A stretch of 63,559 bases of DNA, counting the filler. It is 3 parts of 3 records of this genome, joined end to end, with 100 filler letters (N's around TTAATTAATTAA, not from the genome) between each part and the next. Parts side by side here need not be neighbours in the genome. Positions count along the whole stretch, not along the records: positions 13,523 to 41,091 come from SRR20825019_2162; 2 more parts are not named here. One strand, given 5' to 3'. The notes beneath the pieces were generated by a model, which made no database searches, had not been told where the DNA came from, and saw only the letters and a list, made by a program, of their open reading frames with translations. Positions 17,901 to 27,400 of the stretch are shown piece by piece (position 1 is the first letter of the stretch; each line of letters opens with the position of its first letter). The position numbers and the translations under genes were made by a program.

Positions 17901-20760
17901 CATTGTCCTCACATACATCATCGGGTGTGCGCCTGTGGTTGTCTTTGTCCTAGCTATCATGTTCTGCAAGGGCTCAACCCAGATTAACGTTGCTTTCTTT
18001 CTCAATATAATCTATGGGACTTTAATGGCCGTGGTGCTTGTATCCGTTGCTGTGGGGATGGCAGCTGACATTCTCTCGCCGACTTCAATCTTCTCCATGT
18101 GCTTGTTTGCATTCTACTTTTTGGCGGCCTTCCTTCATCCTTACGAGTGCTGGATGATCATTTTCTTGCCTCTTTATATTATCTGTATTCCTTCAGCCTA
18201 CTTGGTCCTGACAATGTTCTCTCTCGGAAATATGCACGTGACTTCATGGGGTACTCGTGATGGATCAGGAGGTCACGAAGCTGCCAAGGATGTGTCAGGG
18301 GTAATCGGAAAGGTGACATCCTGGCTAAAACGTATTGTCCATGGCCAAGCAAAACCCCCGCCGACCGAGGATCTCGAATCATCTGGATCTTCCGGTGGCT
18401 CTACTGTTGGTGATAATGACGCGAATCGTGAATCAGCGTCTAGGGCTTACGTCCCGCCCGAAGTGTCATACGCACCGCCCACTTATACTATTCCAAGCCA
18501 TAATCAATTTCCAGCGGAGGCAGCATCACCTGGTCCTTCGAGGAGCGCCTCAGTAAGCTCCGGCAATCCCGGGGTGGACCCTCTTTACACAGACTTCTTG
18601 CTTCAGCTTGCAACCCCAAGCTCGCATATCATGGAGGATTACCGCGAAACTGCTATGTGGCGATCTCATTCGAAGTGGCTGAAACCCCCAGTCAAGACTG
18701 AGAAGAATCAGGAAAAACAGAAAGATTTGATGGATGGCCTGAAGAAGATGCGGCGCGATACCAATGCTTGGCTTTTGATCGTGAATATGTTCTGGGTTGC
18801 TGTGGTCGGTGCCCTGTACTACCAGAAATCGTTGACTGTGTGGAATAGCAATGTTGCTGGTCTTGGGTTCCTTATGGTATTTGGAATCACCATGCTTGTC
18901 CAGGTGGTTGCCATGTTGGTACATCGGTTGTGGTCATTGCTGCATTTAATTGGCAGAATCAACATGCGTAATCGGCCTGCCCGGGGATTCATTGAAGGGT
19001 GGTGTTCCGATGACGATGACGATATTATTAGTCAGTACACTGAGAAAGTCGCCCTGAAGAAAGCGCAGGCGCGAATGCAGCGGGAATCGCGGAAGAGACC
19101 AGTCGACTACGCGGCCATTAAGGCCCAATTGCTGTCGAAATCCGACCCCGAGTTCGCACACGAGTTCCTTGCGACTCTTCCAGAAAACGTACCCGGTCAT
19201 TCTCGAACTGACTCGCAGTCACTTTCTGTGGCCTCCTGTGGTGGTTCGTTTGGGGAACGTTCGATTAATGATATGATGGGAACAAGCATACCAAAATCTA
19301 GCTCTCTACCTCGGACCGGCTCTTTTAACCGTACCAACTCGCAGGGTGATCTTATTTCCTTTAATGACCCGCCAGAGACGTCTGGAGGCAGGAATGCAAA
19401 TTCTCCTGGTATAACCCGTTCCGTTTCGTGGTCACGCACACCGGAGAGATCTCGGCCGCCGCTAGCCCACATGAGCTCACCACATTCCCTTGGCAGCCTG
19501 AGGAATGATGCTCATTCTGTCATTCGGGAGGGTGTGGAGGCCTCAGAGGATCACCAGGGTGCCCAAGAAGAGGCCAGGCCTACTTCCACTATGCACGACC
19601 CCACGGCCACTGCCGGAATCGAAGGCCGGGTGAATTCTCCTCTGCCGAGTGTAGACGAGCTTCCCCAAGTCCCGTTGTTGCGACCTGGCATGATCACTGA
19701 AGAGAAAGGGGCCCCCATGAACAGGCCGGTGTCGACTCCTATTGGTAAGAATGTTGCGTCCATGCTACAGTTGCAGATTCGTGCCCAAGAAGAGGAAATT
19801 GAGCGTCAAAAGCGTCAGGTGGAGGAGCAGCGCATGGAGGCTGCCAGACGCGAGCAGGAAGTCACCCTGCAGGAGTTGAGACTGGAGCAGGAGCGACTGG
19901 CGGCTGAGAGGAGGGAGCTTCGGGAGAAAGAACAACGTATTCAGAGGGAGAAACTGAAACTGAAGGAGGAAGAGGCAAAACTTCCAAAGTATCGCGTAGT
20001 TCGCCCGGATGAGACCCCCGGCCGTCTTCCGTCCCCGCCCCCTGCCCCTACGACTTCTGCTCTTCCGAGCCCTGCTGTGGCGGACAACTTTGTCAAAGAG
20101 AAAGAGGTTGTCGCTGAGGAAGAGAACATTGACGCATTGATCGCAAGGAGGGAAATTCTGAGGGAGCGGGCAAGGCTTCAGGCGGAGGAAGAGAAGAAGA
20201 AGGAACAGAAGGAGTGGGAAGAAGCTCGACGCCGCTCGACCGAGATCCGGCAGCTAGAAGAGGCTAAAAAGGCACGTGAGGATGCTGCAGCTAAGAAGAA
20301 GGAGGCCGAGGAGAAGGCGGCTGTCGCGGAGGCTGAGCGTGTCGCACTGCTGAGGCAATTGAAGATTGAGGAGGAGAAGAGGAAGGAATTGGAGAGAAAG
20401 CAGCAAGAAGAGTCTCAGAGGATGCAGGAAGTTCTCAACAAGGAGCGTCTCCAGCAACACTTGCACATGCTAGCGATGCAGGAGGAGCTTGAAAAGCGGA
20501 AGAAAGCGGAGAAGGAACAGGCTGATTTGGCGGCTAAGAAGAATGAGGAGGAACAGAAAGCCAAGGCCGAGGAGGCCAAGCGCGCGGAAGAGGCCATAAG
20601 GTTGCGGGCAATGAAGGAAAAAGAGCGGTACGAATCGTTGGCTCGCGGTCAGTCTGTGCGGGCTGCAATGACTACCCAGTCGGGAAAAAAGCCTGCCGCA
20701 AAGAGCACATCTCTTAGCTCCATGTTCCAAATGAATCGTAAGAAGAAAAGCAAGCAGTAA
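14933..20760 (+). CDS. CHS: Chitin synthase (GT2), metazoan-type, about 1924 aa; exons 14933-15533 and 15587-20760
   Basis: A 53-nt GTATGT..CTGAC..CAG intron (15534-15586) joins the two ORFs in frame. Motifs TMWHE, KKRWSQ, LDGD, QIFEYAVGHWMQK, CSPGC, YDQGEDRYL, QRRRW and SWGTR. Multi-TM N-terminal domain, 5+2 C-terminal TMs and a long E/K/R-rich tail. Confidence 0.95.
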
Positions 20761-20960
20761 ACCTATAGCGGTGGTTCATCTTTATTGAGGAGGACGGATC
20801 ATAGTTGATTTTAACGTATTTGCATTGTACACAGTGTGCACATTTTGTGCGGGTGTCGTGCTCGTGAGATATTTCTCATAACCTGGATGTGTACACAAGG
20901 TCTCTCACATAACTAGGAGCACGGCCAAGGTGGGGAAGGGCTCAGATCGGCTCCGTGAAT

Positions 20961-22498
20961 CTAAAAGGGGAAAATCTCTCCCGTAACAACTCTCTCAATA
21001 ACTTGAGTTAGAATGGTAGTGCCCTCAACCGCAGACTTGAATCCCTCAAAGTCCATAGTTCCATTTTTCTCAATAGGTAACTTGTTGAATGCCATCTGCA
21101 CCATGTGTGTGGCAATCTTTTTTCGTTGCGGGTTCGCGTCGGGCCAGGTTGCCGTGGCTACTTTGTACAGATCGAGTTTGGACAGAATTCCGTCTCGATC
21201 CATATCAAAAACATCGAAAAGCATTCTCAGTTGAGGAGAGCCGTTGACGTGGTCCATTATCCGATCCAATATCTTGGACCATTCTACTTCCGAGTGGTTA
21301 GGCTCGAGCGCACTCGCACAAATAGTCGAGTCACATACCTGCTCTGTCTTTCATTCCGCCCGAAAAGACCTCAAATATGGAGTCCGCCACTTGAGCATCT
21401 GAAATGCCCTGTTCCTCCATTACGGTGCGGAACTGTTGCAGATTAATATACTTATTCCCACGACTATGTGTGGAAAGCAATGCCTCCAGCCTCTTTCGTC
21501 CCCGTGAGACCAGAACAGCAAATACTTCGCTTTCGGTGTCCAGACTTCCAACCATATCTGGTGCTACCATATCTGTGTTTGTAACATTGGGCTTTGTGAA
21601 TATATCTTCGAGTTTAACCGACGGATCTACTACGAATGATGAGCCTGATAGCACGTGGACCTTTGGCCGCTTCTTTCTCTCAACCTCTGGTAGTTTGCTT
21701 CCAGGAAGGTTTTCATAAGAAGCGCACCTCAGACTAAATAGTTTCTCAGATCGCTCCTCTTTTACCGCCTGCATATCCTCTTCCTCAAGCTCGGAGATAC
21801 GCTTGTGCCGATCCTGCTTCGGGGCGATTCTCATGGCCTGTCGCACCAACTCATCCTGCATTCCCACCACACCCTTTATGCGTGCTGCCATGCGACTGTG
21901 TGATGCGTTACATCCATGTTGCACATAACCGGTTCGGGACGACTCACCTTTTCACGTCGGCAATATTCTTCTTCTTTGGTACTTTGGGAGGTGATGGTGA
22001 CTCCGTTCCATCCGGAAAATACGTGGACTTTCGTCTTCGAGAAAGGGAAGACGACACAAATCCCTTTGCCGTTGTGACCGTCGGGGGAGGAGAAGGCAAG
22101 GTCCTCTTGCTCTTGCCAGTTCGAGTCTGTGTTTTTGTGGCCTTGGAGGGACTCATACTTCCGCTGTCGGGAATTACAACAGACAACCCACCAAACCTCT
22201 TTTCGTCTTGTTTCATAGACAGGGACTGTCTATTCATAGACAGGGACTGTCGACTGTTAGTCAAGGCTTCTAGCATTCTCTGCGCTGGTCCATCATTCGA
22301 CATGCTGGCCCGCATATTCGACACGGCATGAATTACGCCGTCTAGGACGTTTTCGTCGTCGTCGTCCTCATCGGACCTATAATCTTTGGCACGTAGCTCC
22401 GAGTCAAGATTATCCAGCGCGTTCTCCAACTTTTTTATGTAGTTGACACCATCAAATATGGCACGGGGTTTTGTGCGAGCCAAAGGACTTCGAACCAT
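20961..22498 (-). CDS. EF-hand (calcineurin-B/recoverin-like C-terminal domain) protein, 3 coding exons
   Basis: Introns 21896-21947 (GTGAGT..CAG) and 21283-21338 (GTATGT..TAG) join three ORFs in frame. Canonical EF loop DMDRDGILSKLD. The start ATG at 22498 is inferred. Confidence 0.75.
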
Positions 22499-23787
22499 CG
22501 CAGCGCCACCCTCCCTACCACCGAAATGGCCCACTCCACTATACTTATTTATCACATCGCCTTACGGTTGTGAAATGAACAAGGTCAGTATCGCACCAAA
22601 ACTTGCAGAGAGATTGCTCGCGGCCTACCGACTGGAGGGGACCAACGTGCGACGGGGTGGTGTCCGGTGTGATAAGGCAGCACCGAGCGTACGCCCCCAA
22701 CGCTGGATGAATCCCCTCGGGCCGGGCAACTTCCTCACAGGCCGCCCGGCGGCCACCCGCCGCCCGAGCCAGGGGCCGGTGTTAGGGCGCACTTCAAGTG
22801 AGCCCATAACCGACACTTTCAATTTGGCCGGATAATGGACACATGTCCACTGTTGTTTGGTGATGATTTTGTTTCGACCCGCGTACGGAAGAACCGTGAA
22901 CAACAACGCACAATGAACGCGGGTGGGCCGCCGGCTCACTGGCGCCGCCCGGCCGCCCGGCCCGCCGGGCTTCAGTTGGCCTGGCGGCGGCGCCCCCGCA
23001 CCCGGCTGCCGGCCGGGCCGCGCGAGCTGCTGGGTGGCCCGGGTTTTGCTCGGCGGGGGGCCCGGCCGCCCGCGCGCGCCGCCCGGCCCCACCACCACGA
23101 ATTTCGTGCGTGTGTCATCCTCAGTGTCAGGCACGTGGCACACTCCTTGACGTCACGCCCGCAGGCGCCGTGAACCATGATGCCGGGTGGGTGGTGCGCC
23201 GGGTTGAGAGCCGCCCGGGCCGGGAAGCCGGTCGGTCGCCCTGCTCGGCTGCCCCCACCGGCACTGTGGGCTGGCCCAGCCGCCGCTCGTTCCAGAGGAG
23301 GTGGCCCGCGTCACTCAGCCCAGCAGCCCATCTTCCGGAGCCTTGCGAAGTCCTCAACAAGGTGACGTCTGGAGAGCTTGGGCCGGCTGTGTGGTCCGTC
23401 GATTCGACAATCATTTCCGGCTTGCGGCCCGGCCGGCCGCCCTGGTTTGCGTGGTGTCTGAAAGTCACGGTCAAGCCGCGGTCAAGCCGCCGATTCCATG
23501 CCTTCTACTTGTGCGTTCGAAGGGCCGAGTCGAGTATCTTGCCACCACCAGTGTCTCTAGTTTCCCATCAAAGCTTCAGAGACCGAACACCCTTCTCGGA
23601 GAGGGCGGCCCTTCAAGAGGCTTTATCTTGGACGCCCTCCTCAGGTCTACGTTTGGACCTTAGTAGAGAGCGATGCAACTTTGATAAATAGACAAGTGTG
23701 TTTAATTGCGCCTAACATCTTGTCACTTGATCAATCTTCCCAGCTCATCTCTCTGTGTGGGAACTTCCACTCAAAAATATAACTATC

Positions 23788-24459
23788 ATGGCGGCTTCAG
23801 CTTCTTCGGCAACACTCCGGTTGATGAGTGATCTGAAATCGATAAAGCAGCAACCTCCAGAGGTCTGTTTGAACTTGGGCCTATTGAGAGTTGAGTCTTA
23901 CGTTTCACAGGGCGTCAGTGCTAGCCCTGTTAGCGACGATAATTTGTTCATTTGGGAAGCAACGATCTTTGGTCCGGACGAGTCGCCGTGGGAAGGCATG
24001 TTCAAGCTACTCGTGCTTTTGACTTTGCTAATGGATCTTTGTAGGTGGTATTTTCTCCTTGCGGTTGACTTTTAGTGAGCAGTACCCTGACAAGCCACCA
24101 AGGGTTCGGTTTTTGTCCGAAATTTTCCATCCCAATGGTAAGAGCGTGACCTACCTGACTATTCACCTTTTCTAATTTGGTCGATTTTAGTGTACAGTGA
24201 TGGTACTCTTTGCATGGACATCATCCAGGAGCTTTGGTCTCCTGTGTTTTCGGTCTCTTCCATTTTGACGTCTATTCAGGTATGTGGCGGTTTACTTTGA
24301 CGATAATGCGATCTAAATATGGTGTTTCTACAGTCTTTACTCACTGATCCTAACCCTCAAAGTCCTGCAAATCCTGAGGCTGCACAGCTTTTGACTAGCG
24401 ATAAGGCATTGTATAAGAAGCGAGTGCGAAGATGCGCAGAGAAGTCTGTATCTGGTTAA
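23788..24459 (+). CDS. Ubiquitin-conjugating enzyme E2, Rad6/UBC2-like, 5 exons
   Basis: Spliced product RLMSDLK...[63 protein letters not shown]. Introns 23863-23910, 23996-24044 (GC-AG), 24138-24190 and 24280-24333. Confidence 0.95.
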
Positions 24460-24492
24460 ACACCAAACTTTCCTTCCAAGCTAGCTGACTAC

Positions 24493-27400
24493 TTAGCGTC
24501 GTGTGGTACCTGGAGCTGGCCGGGCTGGTGCCTTCCGGCCTGGGCCTGGATGGCGTGGGGGCTTCTGCTTCGACTCCGATCCGGTGCTTCCTCTCTTCTT
24601 TCCAAATATGATACCGGAGATTGCCCGAGTCACCGGCTGAGTCAGCCGCTTCCTGGTCGACAGCCTTCTCTGAAGTTCAGGCGCTTGCTTCTGGTTAGTT
24701 GGCTGCGTGCTTTGGGCTCGGGTGGCGTGTGTGGAGTCGCGCGAGCTTGACGGCATGGAGGAATCCGGAGGTGGATGAGGCCGATCCTCACGTGGCGGAG
24801 GCGGGGGTTGCGGCTCTGGTTCTTGCATCGAAGCAAGGCCAAATCCTGATGCGCTGTCACCTCCGTCACGAGCGGAACCCCTGCTGCTTCTATCATCTTG
24901 CATTCCGCGTCTGGATTCATCGCTGGCGCGTCCTCCCGGATTCACGTCATAGTGCAAACCGAAACCGGTAGTGGGCATGGCTGAGCTCGCCTTAGATTCC
25001 GCCGTGGACACCTGATCAGTGTGGTCCTCAACGATGTCTGTACCATCTCCTTCCACTGGTTCCATATCAGGCTCAGCCACTGCACCGCTATCGTCACCCT
25101 GCACACCAGCCCCATTGTCAGTGGGTTGGTCTACACCTGCCGGCAGCTCTCCAATGAATGACTTGAGGTGAGTCTGCATATTCTTCACGTCCGCATCTCT
25201 GAGAATGTCAACCGTAAGATCCTTCACAGCAACCTCGGCATATCTCTCCACGCTTTTGCGCCTGTGCATCTGACGAGCAAGGTGACCACGTGCTGCTCTT
25301 TGAAGTACAGGAATCGCTTCCTTCTGCTTAATATAGCGCTCATGCACCGGACTACGTCTGTGTATGTATCCCCTCGCAACCTTTTGGATCGCCTTAGTCG
25401 CTTCTTTCTTCTCCATAATATCTTTCCTCAAAAGGGCCCCACGTACCAGTGATTGTACTGCCGTGGCGGCCTTTTCGCGCTCCTCGCGTTCTGCCCGCTT
25501 GACTTGGAGAACGTCAGCCTTGCGAGTGGCATAACCACGATAGTGTGCCTGAACCCTCTGGGCTGCCTGGTCTTGGACCTCCTGAGAAGCATCATCGCGT
25601 ACCAGTCTACCGCGGCACTGGTCTATCCCAAACGCTTGCTGAATTCCCATTGTATGTTGTCCTCGCGGAGTCAACGGCCCAGAAAGGTCGTGGGACTCAG
25701 ATTCGGCGTCGCTGAATGCTTCTTCGAATGTAAGCGCGGATGATTCTTGGGATACGGTGCGACCATAATCAGGAGTGTCCTGGTGAACATGCTGGAACTC
25801 GAAGTTTGCTGCACACTCTCCCATAGTCACATCATCATCATGAGACGTCAGCAGTGCGAGCTCTCCATAGATGTCGTCGAGGGTGACCGGGCGGCGGGGC
25901 GCAGGCGATGGACTTGACTTGGACCTATTGCGGGAATAAGATCCCTTTCGCGACTTGCGCCCTAGTGGGCTCTTCCCGGACCATGCTTTCTTTGTAGTAG
26001 ACTCAGAGCTTTTGCCTTGTACCGCGGGAATGCTCGAAGCCTCCATATTATTGTACTGAGAGGGTGCTGGAATATCATCCACACTCGTCGTCCATTGGGA
26101 ACGTGCATGCTTCGTGTTTCTATGCGAAGGGGGGCTCAAAGCATGCACAGTCAAGTGGTCGTTTTCGTCCGCAAACACAACTCGCACGACACGATTTTTT
26201 GGCGGAGGCGAGTGTACCACGTCATCATCATCTTCGAACGAGGCCCTGATGGCAGCACTCTCCGTGCCACGAATATCTTCGGGATCCGTCCGGTTCCTTT
26301 TCAATGGTGATCGCGTAGAGATATCTGGAGAGCCGTTTCTGCTCCCTTGAGCGTCTCGTCCGCGCTTTGAACGGGAAGACATCTTCACCTGCTCGACAAG
26401 GCGAGTGAGGATCTTTGCCCATCTTCCAGGATCCCGACGTAGTACCCTCAACACCCTCTTATCCACACTAAATCGGCTGTGCTGGGCTCTAGAGTGGATT
26501 CTCTGCGTAATTGCATTCCATTCATCATCTGTTTTCCGCAGCAATAGGTAGAATCTATACTCAATATTTGCAGTAGATAAACCGCCAAATCCATTTCCAT
26601 GACGAGAGCTCGGGGAAAAGTCGATTCCTTCTTCACCAGCCTTCCTCTTCTCGCCATTCTTTGGTTCCGCCTCAAAAGCCAGCGCGTCAATTAGGAACTT
26701 CAACGCAGCCTTGCTCACCAGCGGCCCATCCTCCTCATCGTCAGCTTGATCTTCCTCGCCATCACTCTCGGTGCTCTCCGGAGTGGACTTGGATCCCTTG
26801 GCATAGCCCATGTCAGGGCTCTGGGTCCCCACAGAGTTCTTCTCAGATTTATCAAAGTCATCGGAATGACGCTTTGGATCATTTGCCACCTCACCCTGCT
26901 CATGATCCAGGGTACATCTTAGGGCTGTGCCCATGCTAATCACTAAACTGTGCACGGCCTTTTCCAGGCGGTCTAACCTGGCACTCTCCTCCTTCATTTT
27001 CTCGGCGGCTGCGTCACCCAATGCTTCCGATAAGGCAGTAGGTTCCGGAGCAGGGGTTGCCTTCTGTTGATTAGAAGTTGTCTGTCCCTTAAAACGGAAA
27101 ACCCCCGGCCTGGAGAGCTTCTGCTGGTGGTACATCCTATGAATGGATTTGAGAGTGTTAAAGTTAGTTTCAGTGGTGGCAGATGTAGGCCCAAGATTCT
27201 CTTGGACTGCATGATTGGCACCGGCCGAAGTGGATCGCTTCTCGGCGACGGGAGCAACAGGTTTCGGGGCGGAAACATCTCTGGGAATTACTGTCTCGCC
27301 CATCTGCTGGCCAGTGATGACATCGTCATGCCGAATGATTGGTGTACGGCCATGATTCCAATCCTTGGCTTCTTGGTCTGTTACGTGGGCACCTTCCGTT

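Noticed and set aside
12799-20760. Bacteria-to-eukaryote transfer junction, or a bacterial chitin synthase next to zwf
   Set aside because: The two genes are separated by an artificial contig linker, and the chitin synthase contains a spliceosomal intron.
22212-22251. 21-bp-period coding duplication (RQSLSMN/RQSLSMK)
   Set aside because: Ordinary in-frame slippage in a disordered region.
22625-23691. Numerous Arg/Pro/Gly-rich ORFs in GC islands (also about 30358-31408, 32935-33204, 48246-49276, 51668-51965)
   Set aside because: These arise from stop-codon scarcity in very GC-rich non-coding DNA and have no protein-like features.
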